Shown here: positions 1-12,104 of the stretch, one piece after another
How positions within the stretch are numbered: the stretch's first letter is position 1
Layout of the letters: each line of letters starts with the position of its first letter
Assembly (NCBI RefSeq): GCF_001194135.2
Contig: NC_068984.1
Coordinates: 146,176,369-146,231,571 of the forward strand
DNA from: Octopus bimaculoides
Lineage: Eukaryota
Length of the DNA stretch: 55,203 nt
Direction of reading: 5' to 3'
Made by a program: the position numbers and the translations under genes
Notes under the pieces: model-generated
What the model was told of the DNA's origin: nothing
Seen by the model: only the letters and a program-made list of their open reading frames with translations
Database searches by the model: none

Positions 1-1824
1 TATATATATGCAACAAAAGCAATATTAGATTAAAATAGTCATCCATATATCATACTTAATGTAAATAGGAAAAGGCAAACTAACTGTAGCATTCATCCAA
101 GATATTTTAACAGATTTTTATTCAGTCTGGTGGTTATTTGCAACACTAGTGATTTTTTAATCACTGTTTTCGTATATCAATAGCAATGGAGTTTGTCTTA
201 GCATGTGATTGGCAGTGGGTACATGCTACTGACATAGCCCAAAGACGCAGAAATGTGCATCTAACCTTCTCACCATTGCTGTTATAGTTTTGCATTCCTT
301 TATATTTGATTTTCAACTCGTCCACTCCCTTCTTCCTCTTCCTTATCTGCTTTCTTTCCCTCATCCTTCTCTAACCTCTACCACCTTAACTCACCTCTCC
401 TACTCTTCCTATTTCACTGAATCTCTTACTTAATATCTATTATATTCTATTTCTGTAGATGGCAATGACCATTGGCATTACACTGCTCACCTACAAGTCA
501 AACGTCACAGTTACATAATATATAACTATACTATATTAGTAACTTCACAGTTACATAGTCAAAGCCACACATTAACAAGTGTCCACCTACAATGCAAGCC
601 CATCTTTTACCGAAAACAGAAATGAATGCCAACAACAAAGAAATATGTGAACTTCTGCAATGGCATTTCATTATTCTTAGTTCACTATTTCACATTAACC
701 GAGTTATTTTATGCATGGAAAGATATTGCAAGTTGGTTTATGATTTGGTGGAGCAAGATGTAAAGCTAGTTCAGGCCTGATTGAGTTTCTATATACACCT
801 ATGTGTATATACTATTGTATACAGCAAGTATAGTCAGCTATGCAAGATATAAAACACTCCTATACATCGTTAATAGCCATGATGCATGCAAGGAAAGCAC
901 ATCCTGTCGTCATTTGACTAAAACCATGAAAATAAAATTGAATTTTGATGAAAACATCAAACATGCGCCATTGCAGTGCATTGCTACATTCACCATTTCT
1001 TGGTATCAGCTTCGGTTGTCCTGAGCAACCCTTGATGCAGTGTCCCCAGTCAGTCCCTATCACCACAACATATTTCGTCGTCCACTGTAACCATGAGGCC
1101 AACCAACACAAGCCATCAGCCCAGCCAGGTCTTTGGAGAAGAGAACATGGGACACAGGATCGAACACGAAGAAAAAGGCTATGGCCGACATTCCCGAACC
1201 ATACAAGAAACATCATCTGTGAAAGAAATAGCAGATTGACTAAATGGGAACCACAGCTGCATGATTTACAGTAGATCTGGATTCCAATCCTAGCAAACAA
1301 TGAAAAATATTTCCTTTCGAGGCAGTGCTCCAGTATGGTTGGAATCCACTGAATCAAATAAAAGATTGCTTTAATGTCCTCTTTTCCATGCTTGCACAAG
1401 TCATTTGAAATTTATATGAAAGTATATTTTATACAGCTGTATGATTTCCTAGTCACCATCCTCTCCTTTGCTTCCAAGCAAGCCAACGTTTCCCTCGAGT
1501 CCTTCAAACATGAACAACCCAAGAACTGGACAGGTTTTCACAGCAGATCTCAAATGAATGGACGCTGCTTGTATGATGGTGACATTTAACTACAACAAAC
1601 ACACAGCTTCTTTCAGTTTCCTCTCTACCAACTCCACTCACAATGTACTGGTTGGCCCAGGGGTATAGTAGAAGACAGCTGCCCAAGGTGCCATGCAGTG
1701 GGGCTGAACCCAAAACCACATGACAGGGAAGTGAACTTCTCAAACACACAGACAGCCTGCACCTGTAAAAACATTAATTTAAAAAGAAAAAATACAAACA
1801 AGGAAAAATTGAAATCTGATTTAC

Positions 1825-1923
1825 CTTCTAATGGCTCATCCATAACATATGCAGTAAGAATAATTTCATTCTTGGGAAGTTGCAGACGTTTGTTGGAGCC
1901 AGCGGACACTTTTAATGGAGGCA
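1825..1923 (-). CDS. KIAA0319L: KIAA0319/KIAA0319L-like gene, exon D: N-terminal half of first PKD domain (99 nt, phase 1-1)
   Basis: Acceptor ttcttctcttccag|TG at 1923 and donor GAAG|gtaaat at 1825. Reads (L)PPLKVSAGSNKRLQLPKNEIILTAYVMDEPLE(G). This matches the L-x-VSAG-x-N-x-x-x-x-LP-x-N-E-x-x-L-x-A pattern I recall from PKD1 of KIAA0319 (LTVSAGDNLIITLPDNEVELKAFV). No downstream PKD exon was found in 1-1824. Confidence 0.88.
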
Positions 1924-2786
1924 CTGGAAGAGAAGAATTGCAAAAGTCAAAAGCTGAGAAACAGACATCAACTGAATGAAAAAGAACTAACTGAAGAATG
2001 TTAAGTATCCAAAAACGGTGTAGCTGTCAAAATAGGCCAAATGTGCAGGTAAGAAGACTCAGTGCAGTGGTTCTATAACACATTGGTGAATGGAAATTTG
2101 TCTGTCAGTCAGACTGTCATATTTTAGATGAAAATAAGCGTCAGAAGAGAAAAGGCAAGGAATTCACTAATCCAAATACCATTTCTGGATTTATCTCCCT
2201 TTCTCATTCCCAGTTGCTAAGATCTACCAAATCTTTGTTTTCCTTCTGTCCAAGATGAGGAACTTTTAATAAATTAGGAATGTATCATTCTCACCCCCTG
2301 TGAATAGCTGTGTAGCCCCTTCTACAAGACCCCAGACTTTACTAAACTGCCTGTCCTGCCTTGGGTTTCATAGTCATGTGAGCTGCATAATGACCTCAAT
2401 AGTGATGGTGCCATGAAACAAAGCACCCAAAAGTGATTGGTGACATTAGGAAGGGCATCCAACCAAAGCAGAAACTAGAGTACAATGTCATGCGTGGAAC
2501 TGTCAGATTCTGTCAAAGTGTCCACTCCATACCCAGCACGGAACACGGACAGTAAATGGTGATGTGTCGTGTACAGCATTCATTACTTGCCCTCCACTAG
2601 AGAAATATCACAGAGAAATATGTGAAGGGGAGGCACAGCTGCATCCATTTGATGAGAAGATAATTTTGCTGATCAAACTGGAAGCTTGTATATCATTCTC
2701 AGTGGGACAGACCACCATCACACACACACACACACACACATTTCTTCCTCTGAATCGAAAATAAAACAACAAATACCACTGCCTTG

Positions 2787-3250
2787 TCATCATCATCATC
2801 ATCATTGTTTAACGTCCGTTTTCCATGCTGGCATGGATTGGACGATTTGACTGGGGACTGGCAAGCCAGGAGGCTGCACCAGGCTCCAATCTGATCTGGC
2901 AATGTTTCTACAGCTGGATGCCCTTCCTAACGCCAACCACTCCAAGAGTGTAGTGGGTACCTTTTACGAGCCACTGGCACAGAAGCCAGTCAGGTAGCAC
3001 TGGCAATAGCCACATTCAGATGGTGCCTTTTACGTGTGACCAGCACAGGAGCTAGTCAGGGCAAGGGGTCTGGTTTTGACCACATTCGGATGGTTCTTTT
3101 TACGTGCCACCGGCATGAGGAGCCAGTCAGGCAGCACTTGCAATGACCCATGCACGAATGCTGCTTATTGCATGCCACCAGCATGAGGAGCCAGTCAGGT
3201 GGCGCTGGCATCGGCCACAACTACCATTTCCATTTTTGATTGTGATTTGA
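2787..3250 (-). mobile_element. Family A retroelement (RTE 3'-end derived, (GAT)n tail) with four internal ~65-70 bp units
   Basis: (CAT)n-gtttaacgtccgttttccatgctggcatgg...tttctacagctggatgcccttcctaacgccaaccactcc motif shared with more than 15 other copies in the window. Confidence 0.85.
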
Positions 3251-3584
3251 TCTTTTAGTTACAAAAGGGATCCATGTAAAACCAGCTGAAAAGGTATTAC
3301 GGACGGTGAAAGGAGCAACACTTTTGGTGCACACACACACCTTTGTGAGTTTGTACACACAAACACACACAAATATACCTACATTTTTTATACACATACA
3401 AATGTGAGTTTATATACACGTGTACACACATGCACACACATACACATACACATTTTCAAGTTTTGACATGCTTAAACATATGTATAAGTGTGAATTTGTA
3501 CACACACACACACACACCTTGTTCTATCATTACACTGTGGAATGCAAACAGACCAACAACTTCAAGAGAATGGTAAATACTTAC

Positions 3585-3645
3585 ATATTGGCACTGCTTT
3601 GGTTGTTGTAACTATGGAATCAGTGGCATTCTGAGGTGTAGTAAC
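3585..3645 (-). CDS. KIAA0319L: KIAA0319/KIAA0319L-like gene, exon C: short Thr-rich linker (61 nt, phase 0-1)
   Basis: Acceptor cttctaatcttgtag|GTT at 3645 and donor ATAT|gtaagt at 3585. Reads VTTPQNATDSIVTTTKAVPI. It supplies exactly the 0-to-1 phase change needed to join exon B to exon D. Confidence 0.8.
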
Positions 3646-3754
3646 CTACAAGATTAGAAGAACATTATTATTAGAGTACTGGGAGTTGGGTGTCTTGGAG
3701 AAATATTTTTTTGCCAAACCAAAACAAATAACCCATACCTGAATTTCTAGTAAT

Positions 3755-3852
3755 GTGTGTGTGTGTGTGTGTGCGTGCATGCATGCGTGTGTGTGTGTGT
3801 GTGTGTGCACATGTGATTAGGAGAATGTGTGCTCATGTATGAGTATGTGATA

Positions 3853-3888
<36 letters not shown>
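3755..3888. repeat. Compound (TG)n microsatellites
   Basis: Read directly. Representative of dozens of (TG/CA)n tracts, e.g. 13716-13770, 23807-23849 and 42571-42920. Confidence 0.95.
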
Positions 3889-3893
<5 letters not shown>

Positions 3894-4198
3894 AAAGAGC
3901 TAGAATGATGTGGGGTGAGGCAGACAAGGCTAGCCTCAGAATGACTGACAGCACACAGTGCTCAAGATGATCCGCTCAGCAATGAGAGCACATGATGACT
4001 GAGGTCCTCAGACCACAATGGCAACACAACTGAGTCCCTGCCAAACTTACTGCTTCCTCTCCCCACCAAATCACTAAGTCAATTAGCTGGTAATTTATGT
4101 CAAAATTAGTATATTACTGCTTGGTGCTCCTTCAATACTAAGAGCACCAATGACATTCATTTACAACTACCGTACAATGTCAAGACAAGGAAACAAAA

Positions 4199-4243
<45 letters not shown>

Positions 4244-5016
4244 TATGATGGGCTTCTTTCAGTTTCCATCTATCAAATTCACTCGGCACCTGCACTGACA
4301 GGGTCACCAAGTAACCTAATAGACAAAAATCTTTTGTGAGGGGAGGGGGCATTGGAGGAGGTGATCTTGTGTCGAATGATGAAAGGTTATAGTGAGACAG
4401 AAACAAGTATCATGCTGTAGAAGAGGTCCAAGGTTACCTGGCCAGAGAGAGATCAGGAATGAGGACAGAAACAGGTGTGCTGTTACAACAAAGGAGATGC
4501 ATGGTTACCCATCCTGAGTGAAGTGCAGGAGAAGCAGGATGGAGATGGTGGTAAAGTGCTGAATATGCTCACAACGGACGGGGATCAAAATATAAACAGA
4601 ATGGTCGAGCAAAGGCAGAGAACATTAAAAAAATATCAAGATTCAAATTATCTAGAATATTTCAGAATATTTAATCAAACATAAGATAGGGACTTCTATT
4701 GCTAACAACATAATTAACAGCATTCATCAATTAATGTCTGTCTTCCATGTTGGTTGGATGGTTTCGTGTCCAATGAAGGAGACAACGTTGGCATGGGTGC
4801 CAGTCGTCGAATTTAGTTCAATTTCGATTTCACTTGCCTCAATAGAAAAAAATTTTTTAAAATTAAATTCCCAAATTTTTTAAAATTAAATTCTCACAGT
4901 GGTGCACCAGCATGACCGCAGCCACTTGGCTGAAACACATAAATAAATAAATAAATCTGACTGAAACAATTAAAATAGTAAAAGAGTAATTAAGTTTGGC
5001 TGAAAAATGTTTTTAC

Positions 5017-5318
5017 CTTAATTTTAGTTCCAGGAGAAACATCTTCTTTTTTTGTAGCCATACTAGAAATGCTGAACGGACTGGGAGTACTTGAAGTATT
5101 GGAAGAACTGGTGGTTGTAGAGATACTGGACAGACTAGAGTTTGTGGACATACTGACGGTCCTGGACTGATTCAGGGAACTAGACTGGTCAGTAGCATTG
5201 GGATGGCTGGAAATGGTAGTTGTGGAAACAGTGGAATTTGCTAGAACACTTCTGATAGTGGATGAGGAGCCAGTTACTGTGGAAGGTTTTTCTGAGGAGG
5301 TAGATACCAAAGAAGTTC
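5017..5318 (-). CDS. KIAA0319L: KIAA0319/KIAA0319L-like gene, exon B: Ser/Thr-rich mucin-like stalk (302 nt, phase 1-0)
   Basis: Acceptor (t)n-cacag|GA at 5318 and donor AAG|gtaaaa at 5017. Contains most of track ORF 4990..5310 (GTSLVSTSSEKPST...KKEDVSPGTKIK). Non-repetitive S/T-rich coding sequence with five N-x-S/T sequons. Confidence 0.85.
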
Positions 5319-6002
5319 CTGTGAAAAAAAAAAAAAAAAAAAAATCAATAATATAATAATTAAAAATTAATTAATAAACCTAATCAAGACATCGAAGCAG
5401 CAAAAATACCAAAGCACCAAACTGCTTTGTTGAGTTGGATTTCTAAAAATTCTGAGTTCAAAATCTTTTGGGGTCAGAGTTTATTTTATTATCATTCTGG
5501 GATCAATACAGTAAGTATCAGTAACGTATTGGTATCGATTTTCCAGTTTATAATCTTGCCTTACAAATCAGCATCACCGTTTTAATGTCCATTTTTCTGT
5601 GTTTGTAAGAAGTTCATTAAGACAGGTTTTTCTATAGTCAGCTACCCACTTTCTGTCGCCAACCCCCACTCACTTTTAATCAAGGTAAGATTCCCACCTG
5701 GCTGGACATGTTTTTGCAGAATAATGGAAATGAATGACATTCATTTACAGTTCAACTGTGATGTCAAGACAAGGAGACACAAACACTACCCCACACCACA
5801 CACACATGATGGGCTTCTTTCAGTTTCCATCTATCAAATCCACTCACAAGGCTTTGGTCAGTCAGAGGTTATAACAGGGGACACTTTCCAAAGAGCATTT
5901 AGTAAACTTAAGTTCAAGTCAGCTAAAGTCATTTATAAATACAACTGAAATATTTTTACAATTCATTTGTATTTTAATATCTTAATTTTTTTATTGTCTT
6001 TT

Positions 6003-6171
6003 TTTTTACTTGTTTCAGTCATTTGACTGCAGCCATGCTGGAGTTTCGCCTTTAGTTGAACTAATCGACCCCAGGACTTATTCTATTGGTCACTTTTGCT
6101 GAACCACTAAGTGACAGGGACGTAAACACACCAACATCGATTGTCAAGTGATGGTGGGGGAACAAACACAG

Positions 6172-6204
<33 letters not shown>

Positions 6205-6367
6205 CACACACATGCGCGTTTCAGTTTCTATCTACCAAATCCACTCACAAGATTTTGGTCGGCTCAAGGCTCCAGTAGAAGAAATGTGCCCAAGGTGCCA
6301 CATAGTGGGACTGAACCTGCAACCATGTGGTTGGGAAGCAAGCTTCTTACCACACAGCCACGGCTGC
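6003..6367 (-). mobile_element. Family B tRNA-derived SINE with internal (CA)n/(TA)n
   Basis: Reverse complement has a tRNA-like head (gtggctgtgtggtaagaagcttgcttcccaaccacatggttgcaggttcagtccc), a gcaccttgggc box, a microsatellite and the tail ...gactgaaacaagtaaaa. Further copies at about 5810-5935, 7400-7650, 7720-7865, 18205-18360, 26345-26715, 27480-27800, 34800-35160, 41440-41780, 53225-53950 and 54480-55020. Confidence 0.8.
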
Positions 6368-6519
6368 ACCTAAATGCTTATAATTACTTTTTTATTTTGC
6401 AATATTGGTTCTTGAGGCACATCTCAAAGTTGTAAATAATAGCATGCATAAATATTGGGTGGAAAAAACCCTTTTAGAAAGAAAAAGTTAAAGGCTGCCT
6501 GTGGGACTTGCCAGTGATT

Positions 6520-6722
6520 CGTAACTGGCCCCTGTGCCGGTGGCATGTAAAAAACACCCACTACGCTCTTGGAGTGGTTGGTGTTAAGAAGGGCAACCAG
6601 CTGTAGAAACCTTACCAAATCAGACTGGAACCTGGTGCAGCTTCCCGGCTTACCAGTTTTCAGTCAAAACATCCAACCCATACCAGCATGGAAAACAGAC
6701 GTATGATGATGATGATGATGAT
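6520..6722 (+). mobile_element. Family A retroelement
   Basis: ggagtggttggtgttaagaagggcaaccagctgtagaaac...ccagcatggaaaacagacg followed by (GAT)n. Confidence 0.85.
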
Positions 6723-7674
6723 ACTGGCTGTGAAGCGACAATGGCTGACTGTGTGAAGTGATTATTAGAAGTGAGTGTTAAGCTACAATATTCCATCAAC
6801 AATAGATGCTGCAGTCACCAATGCCATGTTCACAATATATCAGTCTTATTTAAAGGTCATGGATGCCATAATTTATGGTATTTAGGTTGGGTAGCTCAGT
6901 GTTGTGTGTTTAAAAACCATGTCAGGCCTAACTCCAACATTCTTGTTGTGATCATTAAAATAAATACCACAACAGCAAAGTGACAAAGTCATTAGAATGC
7001 TGGATAGAGTGTTGCTTTGTAGTAATTGTTCCAAATCCCTGGGGTTTGAGTTCAACTCCTGCCAAGGTCAACATGCCCTTTCATCCCTTCAAGGTTGAGG
7101 AAAAGAAAAAAGTACCAATCTTGGGTAATGGATCAACGGAACTGTAAGAAGGTGGGATCAGGTACCTTGTGGTATTTGTTCTGGCTCTCTGCCTTCTGAG
7201 TTCAAATCCCACCTAAGCGAAATTGTATGGTAGACTTATTCCATTTCCTTATTTAACAAAGCCACCTGGAAATGTTGGACTTTTTGAAAACAGAATGGTA
7301 AAGTCTAAATTGGATAATTCAGTTTAATCTTGCAATGTTTCAATGAAGTTCACTCAAAGATTTATAAAGGAAAATAAGCCGTACTGGGTGCTGATTCAGT
7401 TGATTTTGCTGAACCTCTAAGTTATGGGGATATAAACAAACCAACACCAGTTGTTAGAAAGGAGGTGGGGACACAGACGTACATACATATATATACGCAC
7501 ACACATACACATATACAGTGGGCTTCTCTCAATTTCCATTTATCATACTTACAAGGGTGTGGTTGGCACAAGGTTATAGAAGACACTTGCTCAAGGAGCC
7601 ATCCAGGGAGACTGAACCTGGAGCCATATGGTTGAAAAGCAAACTTGTTAGCACACACCTGTGCCTCTGTGTGT

Positions 7675-7713
<39 letters not shown>

Positions 7714-9026
7714 ATGATTTCTTTAGTTTCCATTTAGCAAATTAACTCACAATGCTTTGGTGAGCCCAGGGCTATAGAAGACCCTTGCTAAAAGTAACAT
7801 GCAGTGGGACCAAACCCAGAACCATGTGGTTGGGAAGCAAGCTTCTTGACTGCACAGCCATGCCTGTGGCTAGAAAGGGTTATTCTGGCAAGATGAATTG
7901 GAAACCAACTGAAGCATGTCAGGTTTTACAGTCAAAACCNNNNNNNNNNNNNNNNNNNNNNNNNNNNNNNNNNNNNNNNNNNNNNNNNNNNNNNNNNNNN
8001 NNNNNNNNNNNNNNNNNNNNNNNNNNNNNNNNNNNNNNNNNNNNNNNNNNNNNNNNNNNNNNNNNNNNNNNNNNNNNNNNNNNNNNNNNNNNNNNNNNNN
8101 NNNNNNNNTTCTGCCAACTGAGCAACCATAAGAACAATGAGATCAATATCAGATATTTTGTTATGGGATTTAGTTATTCAGTGCTCACAATCTCAGGTTA
8201 TAAAAGTAAACATGAGCAAGGTGTGATTTGAGGATTTGGCAGCTATTTCTAGCTGATATGGCAACTTCAGAGAGGCTCTCTCTCTCTCTGTTTAGTGTTT
8301 TCAACTGTTTACATAGCTGAACATATATGTAGCCATCATTACCAGACAATTTTGCAGAGAACATGCATTTTTTAGATGGCATTTCAATGGAGAAAGCATT
8401 TAAACACTTTGAATAATAATGTTCTTCACAATACAAAATTACAAACTCTCTCCACACACACACACACACACACACAATATCAATACGTGTGTGTATGCAT
8501 TTGTGTGCATATGTATATGAGTGTATGGCTGTGAGTAAATATATGCCTATGTGTGGCCTCCTTTCCCTCCACATATTTCGATGATTACATTTTCTCTTGT
8601 AACCTGTCACACAACTACTGAAGTCTATTTATATTTCTAGTCTTTTGTTTGATTATGAATATGTTCATAATTATGCACAGGTCGTTATTATACCACAATC
8701 TATGTTCTGTTTTACAATTATTATATTTCTCTCCTATTTCTAAATAGTTAAAACTAATTAGTTTCGTTGTTATAATTTGAAAACAAGTACACAGAAGTTC
8801 CCCCTGGGGTCCTTTGTGTTGGCATTTCAAGCACACAAGATAGTTATCATATGAAATGCTATAGTTCATAACCTGGATAAAAGCACCTTTTTATGGGAGT
8901 TGTGAGCTCACAATAGGGGTCACAAATATCAAAGCAGTGTGAAGACAAGGGGCTTTGGATGCTTAAAGCCATCATCAATTATTTTTTTAGAAAAAAAGAA
9001 AGATATTTAAACCAAGTATGACATTT

Positions 9027-9407
9027 ATATTCTAAACACATCCTTCCATCCATTTCCCCTGTCCACTATTCCTAAGAGAGTCCTGGGAGCAGAGTCTTCA
9101 GGTCCCTTTTCTATAGGGTCCTATCAGAAACAATAGTCATCACACTTTTAAGCTAGATTCCCAAATGTGACAAACTAAAACTGGATATTATCCAAACATC
9201 TTGTTCTTGGTCTACTCCTTGGTCTCCAGCCAACTTGGCTTGGCTTGAAGAATCCATCTTGCGATTCTTTCCTGTGACATTCTAATTGCATACCTGTAAA
9301 ATCAGATCTGTGTCCTCTTAATGCAGAGAAGTAGGGGCTTAACCTAGAGAGACTCCTTGATCTTCAAGTCATGTATTTCTATAAATTCTTTGTCAAGATT
9401 AGAATAT
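9027..9407 (-). mobile_element. 5'-truncated RTE-clade LINE 3' end with target-site duplication
   Basis: Degenerate ORF2 C-terminus (ESL*VKPLLLCIKRTQI*FYRYAIRMSQERIARWILQAKP...RPRSRPRTRCLDNI) and a GGATGGAAGGATG-type tail. Flanked by the direct repeat AAGTATGACATTT at 9014-9026 and 9408-9420. Confidence 0.8.
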
Positions 9408-9427
9408 AAGTATGACATTTTATCAAA

Positions 9428-9710
9428 GGGCAGAAAATAGTCTGGGTCAAATGCTTCTTTTGGCTGTCTCCACATGTAAACTCGGCCGGTGGTCGGAAAT
9501 AAGGTAAAGGATGACTCATTCGAGAAAATAACATCGTTCCACTGCTCTAGGGACCAATTCTGTAGGTTTTTACTCTACTCTAAACGCTTTGCAACGTTTG
9601 TTTTTGAAAGTAGCGATTTTCTGATTGCAGCCCTCCCGTGAAATCCAGCTTTGTGCAGCTCCCAGTGAACAGTTTTTGTGGAAACTGGGTCATTAAGCTT
9701 TGCAGTAATA
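9428..9710 (-). pseudogene. Tc1/mariner (Tc1-like) transposase remnant
   Basis: Minus frame reads KLNDPVSTKTVHWELHKAGFHGRAAIRKSLLSKTNVAKRLE*SKNLQNWSLEQWNDVIFSNESSFTLFPTTGRVYMWRQPKEAFDPDYFLP. This is the Tc1 pattern (RKPLL...W..VIFSDESxF...GRV.VWR), with a premature stop and the first catalytic Asp changed to Asn. No TIRs seen. Confidence 0.9.
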
Positions 9711-11310
9711 TACAATTTAAAATTTTTTTTATTTAAAACATTAAGATTTAAATTTCTAACAAAAATTACAAATTTTCTCTTGTTCCATCCAACCCTAACT
9801 ATAAACCTTAGCGAACATACACAATTTTTTTAATATATATNNNNNNNNNNNNNNNNNNNNNNNNNNNNNNNNNNNNNNNNNNNNNNNNNNNNNNNNNNNN
9901 NNNNNNNNNNNNNNNNNNNNNNNNNNNNNNNNNNNNNNNNNNNNNNNNNNNNNNNNNNNNNNNNNNNNNNNNNNNNNNNNNNNNNNNNNNATGCCTCAAT
10001 TCTCTCTCTATTCCATTTGAATAAATCTTCATCCCTAACACACATTCATTCTTATGTGTGTGTGTGCGTGCATGGTGTGGGGGTAGGGTGGAGTATGTAG
10101 GAGTGGGATGTGTGGGTGTGGATGGAAGGAGGTTGGAGAGGAAGGAGGTGTCAGATGAAGAGGGGAGGGGAGTTGAGCCCAAGTGTGTGTGTGTGTGTGT
10201 GGGGGGTTATCTCATCAGAGCATAACAATTGTAAACAAGCATCACCATTAAACATACACTTGGACTAATGGTTAGAGTGGTTTCGCTCACAATTGTCAGA
10301 CCATGGTTTCAATTCCTTGACTGGGCATTGCATTGTGTTCTTGAGCAAGACATTTCATTTCCCATTGCTCCAGTCCACTCAGCTGTAAAAGGGTGACCCT
10401 ATGACATATGGGTGTCCAGGTCAGGAGGAATATTGTGATCTCAGTTCATTCATACACCATGGAAGCAGGCAGGGCAACTGGCCTGATGAGTCCTATGGCT
10501 CAACGTACAACCAAGACACATTCATCTGTGTGGTTGTAAAGTTCATTCCAATCTATCGCCATGTCTGCTCCACCCTGAAGTCTCTGGAGGAATGGTGATG
10601 TACAAGAATGCTGCATGCAATACTGAACGTCAAACAAAGAACAAGTTATTAACAAGAATCCATGTAGGAGGTTACCAGGGATGTGTGAGAAAATAACAGT
10701 TGAAAGAATGTAACAATAACAAAGCTATAATCCAAGACAGGTCTGTCACAAGCCCTAAGGACTCATAAGGCAAGGGCTTCACCCAGTTTCCATGGTACAT
10801 AAGAGACCAAAATTATAACATTCCCCTTTCTCTGAATGAGATGCCAGTCCATCACAAGGTTAACTTCCCAGCTAATGCTGGAACTCGTTTTACAGGTGAG
10901 GAAACTGGAGCAACATGAAGTGCTTTACCTAAGAAAACAATACAACATCTAATCTGGGAATCAAAACCACAATCTTATAATCATGCATGCAACATGCTAA
11001 CCCAATGGTGATGTCTGGACCAGATCCAAAACCTGGATGCTTTTTAAGGAGCTGCACCAAAAAAAGGTAAAACACAAATCAAAGGAAAGTTCATTACATT
11101 TATAGTGAGAAGACCATTGAGGGTCGCCCGAAACCCTGGGATCCACAATTCAGAACCATTGCCCTAACCATTGATACACTAAGCTTCTCTTGTATTGCCA
11201 GGAAAACCAGAAAAAAAGCTAAGATTGCCAAATATGCAGTGAAAAATGGGAAGCAATAGACAATAATTACCAAGAACATAACACTATCAAAGACAAACAT
11301 TATTAGAATA

Positions 11311-11685
11311 AAGATTGTTTGCCAACATAACATGGTGGTCCTGGTTTAGGACGAATGTTGCTGTAATTTAGCCCCAGGAGACATCGTCTCCAGCTGGCTA
11401 TACGACATGATCTGTGTCTACATTTTCGAACAAGGGAATCTAGCACAAAGGAATCTACTTTTGAGCTGAGTGGGGGGGTGCTAGGTTCCCTTGTTCGAAA
11501 GTATAAGAACACGGATCGTGTCATGTGGCCAGCTGGGGACGCAGTCTCCTGGGGCTAAATTACAGTAACATTTGTCCTAAACCAGGACTGCCATGTTATG
11601 TTGGCAAACAATCCTTACTCCAAAGTACTGTTGCTGAATATCTCTCGTTGTGAGATTTACAAATAGTAATTCTCTAATTATTAGA
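11311..11685. mobile_element. Foldback (long inverted repeat) non-autonomous DNA element
   Basis: 11311-11446 is the approximate reverse complement of 11478-11616, followed by a ~70-bp unpaired extension shared with the copy at 45516-45860. Confidence 0.8.
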
Positions 11686-12104
11686 ATAGAATGGAATAAC
11701 GGATTTTGTCTGGTTCATATTATTGAATTCTTACAAGAAATTCATCTACAAAAAAAAATACATTAGGTCAGTCAAGATTGAAATAAAGCCAGACCAAAAA
11801 GTCTGTAAGAATCAAGAAAGATATGACAAAATTATGTTAATTAAAATAATAGAATCAGAATTTAAATATGTAAAGATATGTAACAGATGTTAAATAAATG
11901 TTTATAAAAGTTTTTTTTTTTTGCACAAGACAGAACAACCCTTCAATGACTGGCAAAAAAACATCAATCAGTCAGTGTATAATTTCTATTATTAACATAA
12001 TAAACCAATATTCTTGTCAAGAATTTACCATATTACCATCCCAGGGCTTGACTGCTGGTGCAATTGTTGAATCAATCAATAAAACTCACAGCTGCTGCCA
12101 TCAC

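Noticed and set aside
860-1399. Longest gap-free ORFs in the track (179 aa minus, 109 aa plus)
   Set aside because: No recognisable domain, no PKD continuation motif (Y.YEW..), and partial overlap with SINE fragments.
2960-3230. Repeat-spacer-like periodicity suggestive of a CRISPR array
   Set aside because: The context is eukaryotic, the units are contiguous degenerate copies without unique spacers, and no cas genes are present.
10475-10515. CTGATGAGTCC...GGCT-CAAC, a second hammerhead-like string
   Set aside because: The GAAA box is absent and stem II is mismatched; too degenerate to call.
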